From positions 1 through 55,787 of the forward strand of contig JAYEGS010000057.1 of the NCBI GenBank assembly GCA_034659215.1: DNA of 55,787 bases, read 5' to 3'. A program made the position numbers and the translations under genes. This document shows, piece by piece, positions 7,564-15,908 of this stretch. This DNA is from Pseudomonadota bacterium (GTDB lineage Bacteria > Desulfobacterota > Anaeroferrophillalia > Anaeroferrophillales > Tharpellaceae). The number at the start of each line of letters is the position of its first letter. The stretch's first letter is position 1. The notes under the pieces were generated by a model. That model did no database searches, was not told the DNA's origin, and was given only the letters and a program-made list of their open reading frames with translations.

Positions 7564-10472
7564 TAGCCGCTTCCTTTGAAATGGAATCTAATTTTTGCCT
7601 GAATTTGAGAGAGGTGGGAAAGGATCCTCTTCAGCATCGTTTGCTCAATGTCGGTCAGGCTTTTGGGGTTGATGAAATTATCCGGGGGCAAATTGCGGTT
7701 AATCATGGTTGTTTGATGTTTTAAGCGGAACTGCATCAGGTAGCTGTAAACCTCGGTTGTCTCTTCATAGGTGTTTCTTTTGATCGCCCCGATTTCATAT
7801 AGTTTTTTTATGCGTAAAAGCGTATTGGTCTCGGCAATGTTGTACTGTAGGGAATAGATTCTGGCAAAGTTTAACAATAGCTTCATGGCATTTTTGATAT
7901 TGAAAGTTTCCGGTTTTTTATCCGATGATCCGACGACGATCTTGCCGAAAAAACTGATGGGTGGTTTATAGAGCAGGGCATTCTGGGCGAAATAGATGAA
8001 AAAAAGTCGGTTTTTTTGCAGTAGATTGTCAATATGTTGTCGTAACTTTTCGGTAAATCGACGGTTTCCATAGAGGCTTCTGAAATCGAAGAAAATATTG
8101 ATCTCCAGTAGATTTTGCGGTGTAGCTTCAGTTATCCAGTGATGGAAGTAATTTTTCCAGGAGGATAAGGGCTGGCACCATTTTGGGTTCATTGCCATTA
8201 TCTCGCCTTCGCACAGGCGATAGCCGGCCTGGTCCAGATCTTTACAAACTTTTTCCCCCAGCGAGATGAAATAAGCGTGCGTTTCTTCCTTTTTATCATC
8301 TTCAACGTCATCATATATAATGGCATTGTCCTGGTCGGTTACCAGGGTCTGTTCCGAGCGTCCGACGCTGCCGAGGGCTACAAATGAAAAGTCCGTCGGC
8401 GGAGGGCCGAGCTCCTCGATGGCAAAAGTGATGATTTTTTCATTGATCAGGTCGGAAACCTTACTGATCAGCTTGGTCGTGTTTTCTGACTTTGCCCCGC
8501 TGTCGATCAAGGTTTTGATTAGTCTCGGTAGCCGGTTATGAGCCTTGGCAAGAGTGGCGACAGACTCAGCTTCATGGATCTCCCGGATAAGTAATGAAGA
8601 TGAATACTGGTGGAATTGGAGGAGATCTCGAATGTCAATGATACCGTTGATTCGACCATCTGCAGCATGAGTAAACAGGTGTCTGACAGATTCCTGCTGG
8701 GTGAGTCGGGTGGCTTCGAAGATCAGGGTGTCATCCGGTATTGAAATAATCGAGGAACTCATTATTTGATGGACTTGAGTTTCCGGCGCCATGTTTTCCA
8801 CGACGAATCGATGGGAGATGTCATAATCGGTTATGATGCCAAGGTCGTCCCCGGTTTCCGACTGGATGAGAATTGCGCTTTGTTGATGACTTTTCATGAT
8901 TTCGGCAGCTTTGTGGATGGAGCAGTGCATATTGCAGGTCAGAGGAGGGGTGGCAAATTTTTTGATGGGTTGATTGATGAAGAGGAGTGAGGTTTGGAGC
9001 TCAATAATAAGATCTTCGCGCTCCTGTTCTACTTTTACCCTTTCTGTTATATCTTCAACAATGCCTTCAAAATGTTCAATAACTCCATCATTATTCAAAA
9101 TTTCTCCCATGGAAATTGAGATAATCGGGTTGGTTCCGTCATGCCTTCTTAAGGGGAGAATGCGATTTTTTATAAAACCTTTTTCTTTGAGTTGAGCCTT
9201 GAGGTCTTCCCAATCCTGAAGATCTGTAAATAGCAGTGAAAGGGGGGTGTTGAAAAGTTGCTCCCGGTTTTTGCAGCCGAAGATTTCGGCCGTTGCCGGG
9301 TTGACTTCAATGAAATTACCATTTTTGGAAGTATCTATGAGGAAAACTCCAATATGCAGGTTGTTGGTAAGAGACTGATAGCGTTGTCGGCTGAGTCCTA
9401 ATTCTTCCTCTATCTTTTTGTTTTTTCTGATATCTTTCAGGGTCAGTATAACCCCTTTTTGGTTTTCAAGGGTTATGCTTGCTACTGAAATATGGGTATC
9501 CAACAGGTTTCCGTCGGCGGAGAGCAGTCGGGCTTCAAAATTAGGGTGCATTTTGTGATTTTTGAGAATATCCTGGTAAAATTGGCGGCCTTTTGCATCC
9601 TGACTGAAAATAGTTTCGAGATCAGTTTCAGAAAGTTCTTCGGCATAGCCGAGCATCTCCTGAATGGCTTTGTTACAGTAGGCCGGATTTCCTTCAATGA
9701 ACATCAAAACGCCTTCCGGGGAAGCTTCAACCAGAGTCCGGTACTTTGTTTCAGATTTTTCAAGCTCTTCTTCCGCTTGTTTACGTTTTCTCTCAATCTG
9801 CAGGCTCTCCAGGTTGATTTGAAAGAGCAGTAGAAGAATGAGAAGGGTTATAGCGGAAGACATCTTGACTATCGTGCTGCTCATAGCACTTATATCTTTC
9901 TCCACATCATCCAGATAGATTCCGGTGCCGACAATCCAATTCCAGGGAGTAAAACTTTTTACGTAGGAGACTTTGGGGACTATCTTGGTCGGGTCGTCAT
10001 TCCACTGCCACAGGTAGTCGACAAATCCTTCCCCATGTTTCTGGGCGGTTTCCACTATTTCTCTGAATAGTTTTTTTCCCTGCTTATCAGTGTGGTTCGA
10101 GAGATTTATGCCCTCTAAATCATCACGATAGGGGTGCATGATTGTTATCGGAGTTGTATCAATTATCCAGAAATAATCTTTTTTCTCCTTGCCGTAACGC
10201 AGGTTCCTGATTGTTCTTATGGCTCTTTTTTGAGCTTCCTCTCTAGTTAACAGGCCTTCTTTCTCCTCTGTCTGCTGTGTCTCGAGAATGCCCCATGCAG
10301 AATTTGTGAGTTCACGGATCATCTCCCTTTTGTCCTCCATTAATTCACATTTCATTAGAGGTATGATGATCATGAACAAGGAGATGATAAAGAGAGAAAT
10401 GGCAAGCAGGGTGGGGAGGGTTATTTTCAGGGAAAAATTTTTTCGGCGGTCTTGTTTCATGTTTTGATACAT
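7563..10472 (-). CDS. Membrane sensor protein: sCache_2-like, two PAS domains, CBS pair, DUF294 putative nucleotidyltransferase with its C-terminal substrate-binding domain
   Basis: TM, then Cache signature DYFWIID...MHPYRDDLEGINL...GEGFVDYLWQW...PKVSYVKSFTPWNWIVGTGIYLDDV, then TM. Two PAS-like segments and a CBS pair follow. GlnD-type NTase motif LGSVGRSEQTLVTDQDNAIIY is present. I prefer the start at the ATG 10472 or 10460, because the longer listed ORF (to 10658) overlaps the upstream gene. Confidence 0.8.
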   Translation of the reverse strand: MYQNMKQDRRKNFSLKITLPTLLAISLFIISLFMIIIPLMKCELMEDKREMIRELTNSAWGILETQQTEEKEGLLTREEAQKRAIRTIRNLRYGKEKKDYFWIIDTTPITIMHPYRDDLEGINLSNHTDKQGKKLFREIVETAQKHGEGFVDYLWQWNDDPTKIVPKVSYVKSFTPWNWIVGTGIYLDDVEKDISAMSSTIVKMSSAITLLILLLLFQINLESLQIERKRKQAEEELEKSETKYRTLVEASPEGVLMFIEGNPAYCNKAIQEMLGYAEELSETDLETIFSQDAKGRQFYQDILKNHKMHPNFEARLLSADGNLLDTHISVASITLENQKGVILTLKDIRKNKKIEEELGLSRQRYQSLTNNLHIGVFLIDTSKNGNFIEVNPATAEIFGCKNREQLFNTPLSLLFTDLQDWEDLKAQLKEKGFIKNRILPLRRHDGTNPIISISMGEILNNDGVIEHFEGIVEDITERVKVEQEREDLIIELQTSLLFINQPIKKFATPPLTCNMHCSIHKAAEIMKSHQQSAILIQSETGDDLGIITDYDISHRFVVENMAPETQVHQIMSSSIISIPDDTLIFEATRLTQQESVRHLFTHAADGRINGIIDIRDLLQFHQYSSSLLIREIHEAESVATLAKAHNRLPRLIKTLIDSGAKSENTTKLISKVSDLINEKIITFAIEELGPPPTDFSFVALGSVGRSEQTLVTDQDNAIIYDDVEDDKKEETHAYFISLGEKVCKDLDQAGYRLCEGEIMAMNPKWCQPLSSWKNYFHHWITEATPQNLLEINIFFDFRSLYGNRRFTEKLRQHIDNLLQKNRLFFIYFAQNALLYKPPISFFGKIVVGSSDKKPETFNIKNAMKLLLNFARIYSLQYNIAETNTLLRIKKLYEIGAIKRNTYEETTEVYSYLMQFRLKHQTTMINRNLPPDNFINPKSLTDIEQTMLKRILSHLSQIQAKIRFHFKGSG

Positions 10473-10479
10473 TTGTGAT

Positions 10480-10818
10480 TTATTTAATGTTTTTCTTAGC
10501 TTGTTTTTTGTCAGCTGTGATATGTAATCCGCAATGGAGGCATCTGCGCAGAAAGAGAGGTGTAAAACCATTAAGATGAAAAAGGTTACCACAACGCGGA
10601 CACTTGCCCGCCGTTGTGAGAATACTGGATATAAGAACAAGCAGAAACCAGACTGCAAAAACTTTGGCGGTTTGGCGATCGGAATTGGTTATCCGCAGCG
10701 AAAGCCAGATAGATGGTATATAAATTAGAAGTACCCCCCAAAAAAAACAACGCCGTCGGCGAAGTTTCCTCAGTCCGGGGGCGAATTTCGAGACATCTTC
10801 AGTCTTCTCTTCTTTCAA
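10480..10818 (-). CDS. Small membrane protein with C-terminal zinc-ribbon (CPRCG...CLHCG)
   Basis: 112 aa with a TTG start and AGGAGG 5 nt upstream. Two predicted TM helices are followed by two CXXC pairs. I recognise no family. Confidence 0.5.
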   Translation of the reverse strand: MKEEKTEDVSKFAPGLRKLRRRRCFFWGVLLIYIPSIWLSLRITNSDRQTAKVFAVWFLLVLISSILTTAGKCPRCGNLFHLNGFTPLFLRRCLHCGLHITADKKQAKKNIK

Positions 10819-10847
10819 GCTGACCTCCTGATTCTGTTTTTAGGCGC

Positions 10848-10916
10848 ATAAGGCGCAAAGGCGGCAGGCACATAGTAAAACCAAAAAACTTTGTGTCTGC
10901 CGCCTTTGCGCCTTAT
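10848..10916 (-). terminator. Long GC-rich hairpin (25-bp stem, one mismatch, 19-nt loop) between two minus-strand genes; possible terminator or processing site
   Basis: ATAAGGCGCAAAGGCGGCAGGCACA ... TGTGTCTGCCGCCTTTGCGCCTTAT. No clear U-run follows on either strand. Confidence 0.4.
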
Positions 10917-10922
10917 CTATAA

Positions 10923-11447
10923 TCACTTTTTCAATATCGCGAGTATCTTTTTCTCTTTCCTGATGGCTTCACTGCAGGCGGACCAGACTCGATAGTTCTC
11001 AAGGCCGAGAATCGTCAGACCGGCGATAAACACTGGCCAAAAATTATCCCGAAGTGCACCGCTATAGTAATAGAACAGATAAAATGCCGACAGATAGCCG
11101 ATGTGTGACCAACCCCGAAAGTGAACGGATGCAGTGTTCATACGGCCCAGGATGAGGATGAGGGCGGAAAAAGCGTAGACTATCAGGGCAATGCTGATCA
11201 GGGTCGGAGAGGGAGAAATGCCTAGGAGCTGTCTTAGGTTTTCGGATATGGGGGGAAGGAATCGGAAGTTGACCGTCGCACCAAGGCTAACCAGGAAAAA
11301 CAGGGCCATCCACAATTTACTGTTGCGTATCTGTTTCTTGAGGTCGCGGATTCGATCCTGAATTTTCCGGCGCCGCTGATCCGGGCTCGGCACATCCTCG
11401 CTCGGATCTAAGTGATGATTTTGTTTCTGTTTCCGCCGTAAAAACAC
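10923..11447 (-). CDS. Hypothetical polytopic membrane protein (174 aa, GTG start)
   Basis: Basic N-terminal tail (RRRKIQDRIRDLKKQIR) followed by about four hydrophobic helices. I recognise no family. Confidence 0.45.
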   Translation of the reverse strand: MFLRRKQKQNHHLDPSEDVPSPDQRRRKIQDRIRDLKKQIRNSKLWMALFFLVSLGATVNFRFLPPISENLRQLLGISPSPTLISIALIVYAFSALILILGRMNTASVHFRGWSHIGYLSAFYLFYYYSGALRDNFWPVFIAGLTILGLENYRVWSACSEAIRKEKKILAILKK

Positions 11448-11520
11448 TCAAACCCCCAAATTTGGCTCAATAATTTCCATGAAGGTTGTCTCGAGCCTCT
11501 AGCAAAATTATCAAAGCAAA

Positions 11521-12369
11521 TTATTCACCTTTTCCTTTGTCCATATTATCAGCTTTCTTGATTTTTATCAATGTTGTTTCGGCAAGTTGTTTTTCCATGG
11601 CCATGTCAAGATAGATCCGGCCAAGGGTCTCAATTTCACTAACCCCTTTAGGGAAATCATTATCCACTTTTCCCCCGGAAATCTTTTTCACATAGTCCAT
11701 CAACTGGTCAATAGGCGTCAGCAGGTTTCGTTTGAGGAGGGCACTGACTCCGCCTACGGATAATATGAGAATCATTACGCAGAAGACTGCCATTTTCCAG
11801 CGCAGAGACTGCAGGCTACCGTCCAGAGAAGCGGTCGACAGGCCGATGTCCAGAGTTCCGAGAACTTTCTGCTGGGTGGGGTGAAAGTGGCAGTTGCCGG
11901 CAGAACAGTGGGCATCGTTGTATATCGGGGCGGTGATGGCTAACACGTTGTGGTTTTTGGCATTGACAAAACGCCTCGCCAGCTCCATGGAGCCCAGACG
12001 TACCGCAGGTTCGGAACCGCTGTGGCACTCGATACATCCGGCTGTCGTTTTGTCTACGACCTGGCTTAACTCTTCAGGGTTAGAGGAGAACATGATAACC
12101 CCCTCCTTGTTGAAGATACGGAGATGCTCGATTCCTTGCTGAGCTCCGATGCTGCCAATAATATGGTTCAGGCTTTCCCGGTCATCAGTCATCATGGTGT
12201 AGCGGGTTGCACTGACGACAGTATCGGCAAGACTGGTCTCTTGACGTACCGCGTCCCTCAGAAAACCCTCTTTAATGGAGGAGTACAGGAAAAGGCTGCA
12301 GATGATGACAAAACCAGTCAGGGAAAGCGCCACCGGGACGATGGCTTTGGAAGCAAAGTTGTTGAACAT
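11521..12369 (-). CDS. Membrane-anchored periplasmic c-heme-motif sensor domain plus HAMP-like segment, with no kinase output
   Basis: Start ATG 12369 with AAGGAGG 7 nt upstream. TM1, a periplasmic domain with CIECH (CXXCH) and CSAGNCH (CX4CH), TM2, and a HAMP-like LLTPIDQLMDYVKKISGG...EIETLGRIYLDMA. The periplasmic part aligns with that of the kinase at 5822-7411. Confidence 0.7.
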   Translation of the reverse strand: MFNNFASKAIVPVALSLTGFVIICSLFLYSSIKEGFLRDAVRQETSLADTVVSATRYTMMTDDRESLNHIIGSIGAQQGIEHLRIFNKEGVIMFSSNPEELSQVVDKTTAGCIECHSGSEPAVRLGSMELARRFVNAKNHNVLAITAPIYNDAHCSAGNCHFHPTQQKVLGTLDIGLSTASLDGSLQSLRWKMAVFCVMILILSVGGVSALLKRNLLTPIDQLMDYVKKISGGKVDNDFPKGVSEIETLGRIYLDMAMEKQLAETTLIKIKKADNMDKGKGE

Positions 12370-12446
12370 ATCCGACCCTCCTTTCCGGTCTTCCGGTTTC
12401 AAGCCTTAATTGTTACAATATTTATCGCTTTTAAGTTGAAGGTTTC

Positions 12447-12508
12447 AAAAAGGTCTAAGAAGTCGAAGAGGCTAACCCCTTAGACCTCTTCAACCTTTTA
12501 GACCTTTT
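12447..12508 (-). terminator. Imperfect long hairpin after the NrfD-like gene; possible intrinsic terminator
   Basis: AAAAGGTCTAAGAAGTCGAAGAGGCTAA cccc TTAGACCTCTTCAACCTTTTAGACCTTTT. On the minus strand the stem runs into TTTTTG. Confidence 0.4.
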
Positions 12509-12519
12509 CGACACATCTT

Positions 12520-13869
12520 TTATGAGGGCGTCACCACTTTTGCGAACTGGCGCTGCTCAGGATGGGCTGAGATAGGCTCAGTCCGGTTGGATACGGGCAC
12601 GGATGCAAGTTCTTTTGCCGGCACGGTCTTCCACGAATAGAGAATCGGGAGCCGATAGAGAAGAAAGCGGTAGACCACCACGAACAGGGCAAATATGGTT
12701 ACGCTTATGATCGTTTCCAATATATGGGGAATCTCCTGATAAAGGTTCCAGTTGAAACTGATCAGAGCCGTATTCAGCCGGTTCATCAGCAACCCGGCAA
12801 TAGTGAGAAAGGCGGTAAATCTGATCAAACCAACGTTTTTTCCTCTAATGGCGATGGAGAAAAGGATGATGGGAAGCACTACCCCCAAACCGATTTCCAG
12901 CATGTACCACTGACCCCATCCGGTGGGGAGATAGGACCACAGGTTGTCATGAACCAATCCGATAAGTTTGATCACAAAATAGGTTACCAGAGCCATGCTG
13001 GCGCCTTTGGCGAGACCGATGGTAATCGAGTCGAGATTATCCAGAAACTCACTGCTGCAACGCCAGGCCATGGTCTTTTTGACAATGGTACTCACTGCGA
13101 TAACCATACAAAGACCGGCAAAAACTGCAGAGCAGAGGTAGAATATCCACATAAACTCCGATGAGTACCAGAGTGGGTGCACTTTCCCCGGCGCATAGGT
13201 AAGGAGGGTTCCCAGAGCCCCCTGGTGGAGAGTCGAAAGGATGATTCCCGCCACGGTCAAGCCGATGGTTCCTCTATGTATATAGTTTTTCGCGGTGGGC
13301 CAGTTGATCCATTCAAAAAATGTCTCGGAAACTTCCAATATCTGCACTGTCAGGTAGGTCGCTACATGCCAGCCGACGAGAAAGAGAACGGCCGCCGTAC
13401 CCCAGGCGACAACCATGGGATAGTAGAGCCGCCAGGGACAGCCGAGATCTACCAGCAGGTAAACAACCGCAAAAAAATATCCGAGCAAGCCGTTGAGCAG
13501 CGCCAGATTAAGAATTGGTTTGAATTTTTTGTGACCGAAAAGTTCCACCGTCGTGCCGAGCAGAAATCCTGAGGCGGAGAGCGGCACCATACAGAAAAGA
13601 CCGAAGCCTAAGAAAAGGCCCCATGGGTAATCGAAACCGCCGTGCATAACCGAGCCCAGCCCATTGATATACCTATAGACAATAACCGGCAGGCCTACAG
13701 CAAAGATCATAAATAGGAACCAGTTGAAAGGATTACGCCGAAGTTGCTGGAAATACTCTTTAGGAGATAATCCCAGCAACAGTTTTTGCATTATATTCCA
13801 CTGGTGTCCATCAGTCGGATCGTTTAGAGAGTCAACCGGCTTAAAGCCTTTTTCAATAAAATGTTTCAT
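12520..13869 (-). CDS. NrfD/HybB/PsrC-family integral membrane quinone-interacting subunit
   Basis: 449 aa with about 10 TM helices. Its position after a Tat-exported FeS protein, with a 4-nt ATGA overlap, is the classic NrfCD/HybAB/DsrOP arrangement. Confidence 0.85.
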   Translation of the reverse strand: MKHFIEKGFKPVDSLNDPTDGHQWNIMQKLLLGLSPKEYFQQLRRNPFNWFLFMIFAVGLPVIVYRYINGLGSVMHGGFDYPWGLFLGFGLFCMVPLSASGFLLGTTVELFGHKKFKPILNLALLNGLLGYFFAVVYLLVDLGCPWRLYYPMVVAWGTAAVLFLVGWHVATYLTVQILEVSETFFEWINWPTAKNYIHRGTIGLTVAGIILSTLHQGALGTLLTYAPGKVHPLWYSSEFMWIFYLCSAVFAGLCMVIAVSTIVKKTMAWRCSSEFLDNLDSITIGLAKGASMALVTYFVIKLIGLVHDNLWSYLPTGWGQWYMLEIGLGVVLPIILFSIAIRGKNVGLIRFTAFLTIAGLLMNRLNTALISFNWNLYQEIPHILETIISVTIFALFVVVYRFLLYRLPILYSWKTVPAKELASVPVSNRTEPISAHPEQRQFAKVVTPS

Positions 13870-14816
13870 TCTCCTTGAACCTCCACTCTATTTTTAGACT
13901 TATCGTCTGTTTTTCCCTTTCCTCCTTTTGCCAGAAGATGAAATCCCAGAAACATGGCTGGCCAGATGCCTAAGACCATCGGTACGATGCCCAGGAAACT
14001 TTTGGTATTGTCTAAGATCGGGTGGTGTTGAAGGGTAGTGTTGAAACCCGCCTGATCGAAGGGAACACTGGATATATACATCCAGGAAGTACCGCCGACC
14101 TCGGTTTCCCCGTAGACATGATCGACATATTTTTTGGGGTTCGACCGAATCCGGTCATGCGCGGTTTTCACAAGGGTCTTCCGGTGCCCGAAAGTAAGAG
14201 CATCTTGTGGGCAGGCCTCGACACAGGCTGGCGGTTTCCCTTTAGTTAGACGGTTATCGTAGCAGAAGTTACATTTTATTATTTCAGGATGTAAAGCACT
14301 GTCATAAGTGTATGCCGGCATACTGAAGGGGCAGGCAACCATACACATTCTGCAGCCAACGCAGACATCCGCGTTGTAGATGACCGCGCCCTCTTTTGTT
14401 TTCGTGTAAGCGTTAACAAAACATGAGGTCAAACAGGCTGGTTCACTGCAATGGAAGCACTGGAGTTTCCGGTAGACCGGTGCACCCTGATCTTTTGTAT
14501 CGTAGCGGTTGACCACTGTGTAGGCTTTTTCAGTGGTTCTGCGTTTCTGTTTACCTCCGTGAAATACCTCATCGAAAACCGAGAAGTCGCTAAAAGATTT
14601 TTCCGGTTCCGGAAGGCCATGTTCTTGATTACATGCCGCTTCGCAGGTACGACAGCCGATGCAGCGGGTAAGATCTACCAAGACCCCCATACTGTCAGGG
14701 TAACCTTCGAACTCCTTCATAGCATGGGCGCTTTTTGTGGAGGACATCGCCGCAGCAGCGCTGCCGCCAGCGATGACGGTCGATTTGAGAAATTTTCTCC
14801 GGCTTATACCACTCAT
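13866..14816 (-). CDS. Tat-exported four-cluster [4Fe-4S] ferredoxin-type subunit (NrfC/HybA/DsrO-like) with C-terminal TM anchor
   Basis: Twin-arginine signal SRRKFLK...AHA. Cys groups CIGCRTCEAAC, CFHCSEPACLTSC, CVGCRMCMVACP and CNFC...CVEACP. Hydrophobic C-terminal helix FLGIVPMVLGIWPAMFLGFHLL. Confidence 0.9.
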   Translation of the reverse strand: MSGISRRKFLKSTVIAGGSAAAAMSSTKSAHAMKEFEGYPDSMGVLVDLTRCIGCRTCEAACNQEHGLPEPEKSFSDFSVFDEVFHGGKQKRRTTEKAYTVVNRYDTKDQGAPVYRKLQCFHCSEPACLTSCFVNAYTKTKEGAVIYNADVCVGCRMCMVACPFSMPAYTYDSALHPEIIKCNFCYDNRLTKGKPPACVEACPQDALTFGHRKTLVKTAHDRIRSNPKKYVDHVYGETEVGGTSWMYISSVPFDQAGFNTTLQHHPILDNTKSFLGIVPMVLGIWPAMFLGFHLLAKGGKGKTDDKSKNRVEVQGE

Positions 14817-14867
14817 AATGATCTATCCCCCTTTCCTTGTTGAAAAATGATCTCTTTCTCGAAAAAT

Positions 14868-15395
14868 CTATTCATGACCGCCTCCAGTTCCACCACCTGT
14901 GGGTGCATACTTGCCGGAACGGTAAAAACGATCGCCGGCGTCAGTCCTTTCATGACAGTCCGCACATTCTGAAGGTGCCTCCATTGCAAAATGGCAGTTG
15001 TAACACCTTAGGTGATAGGCGCCTTTGAGTCCGGTTATATCGACATGGTATCGATTCGGATCAGCCTCCATCTCCCTCAAATGCTCTACGGTGAACGGCT
15101 CTTTGACGTGGCAATCACTGCAGGCCACGGAGGATGTTCCTTTACTATCGGAATGGCATCTAGCGCATTGCGTATCCGCAACGCCATTGCCGAACACGTG
15201 ATGGTGGCAGACGGAACAGTCTTCCTCGACGCCGACATGCAGTTCGTGGTCAAAATCAACTCCATTGTAAAGGTGGGACAGGGAGTCTATGCGCACGGAT
15301 GCTGGGGGCTCGCCACCAGCGCCAAAAGCTGGTGCGGCGAGAAAAAACAGCGCCACGATCGTCCCTTTCAGGGCCCATCTTTTTCTACTTTTCAT
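14868..15395 (-). CDS. Periplasmic pentaheme c-type cytochrome (cytochrome c3-family like)
   Basis: Start ATG 15395 with GAGGAGGA upstream. Signal peptide MKSRKRWALKGTIVALFFLAAPAFG. Five CXXCH motifs (CSVCH, CARCH, CSDCH, CYNCH, CADCH). Confidence 0.85.
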   Translation of the reverse strand: MKSRKRWALKGTIVALFFLAAPAFGAGGEPPASVRIDSLSHLYNGVDFDHELHVGVEEDCSVCHHHVFGNGVADTQCARCHSDSKGTSSVACSDCHVKEPFTVEHLREMEADPNRYHVDITGLKGAYHLRCYNCHFAMEAPSECADCHERTDAGDRFYRSGKYAPTGGGTGGGHE

Positions 15396-15426
15396 TCGTT
15401 CGTTCCTCCTCGAATGTTCAGATATA

Positions 15427-15615
15427 CTATTTGTTTCCGTTATCAGCATCTTTATCGTACATGATAACTTTCCTATAAAAAAATGGAAATGCGATCAAAA
15501 ACCCGACACAGACGAGATATTCGACAGCTTTGATATAATCGTAGTACTCAACCAGGGTGCCGATCGCTACCGGTTCGCCAATGGTATTGAAAAAATGAGT
15601 TATTTGGTTGCCCAT
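15427..15615 (-). CDS. Small single-TM protein (62 aa)
   Basis: AAGGAG lies upstream of the ATG. One hydrophobic helix (YLVCVGFLIAFPFFY). Tightly packed in the operon. No known family. Confidence 0.45.
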   Translation of the reverse strand: MGNQITHFFNTIGEPVAIGTLVEYYDYIKAVEYLVCVGFLIAFPFFYRKVIMYDKDADNGNK

Positions 15616-15636
15616 TGAAGATCTCCTTTTCCGCGG

Positions 15637-15879
15637 TTAATTTCCATTCGGTGTGGATTCAGTCGCTACGGCCTCTTTTTTGTGTGACAAGCCAACTGAT
15701 GCTTTAATGAATCCCAGAACCAGCATGAGGGCCGGAACCAGTTGGGCGACAACGATCAGCGCACAAATTCCGACAAAAACAGAGACCAGAATCCCGCTCT
15801 TGTAAACCACCGTATCCCCGGCAAATGCCGGACTGATTGACGCCAGAACTAAAAAGATTGTTGTGATAGCTGTTTTCAT
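15637..15879 (-). CDS. Small exported/membrane protein (80 aa), paralog of 16383-16631
   Basis: AAGGAG RBS. Signal peptide MKTAITTIFLVLASISPAFA, then helix SGILVSVFVGICALIVVAQLVPALMLVLGF, which resembles IGLIGWLFIGFMAVIVACQFIPSIMMFGSM in the other copy. Confidence 0.5.
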   Translation of the reverse strand: MKTAITTIFLVLASISPAFAGDTVVYKSGILVSVFVGICALIVVAQLVPALMLVLGFIKASVGLSHKKEAVATESTPNGN

Positions 15880-15908
15880 GATTAATTCTCCTTTTATTTT
15901 TCGTCCCC

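Noticed and set aside
10473-10658. N-terminal 62-aa extension of the large Cache-DUF294 ORF
   Set aside because: The extension overlaps the zinc-ribbon gene, which has a strong RBS. The TM-Cache architecture begins right after the internal Met codons at 10472 and 10460.
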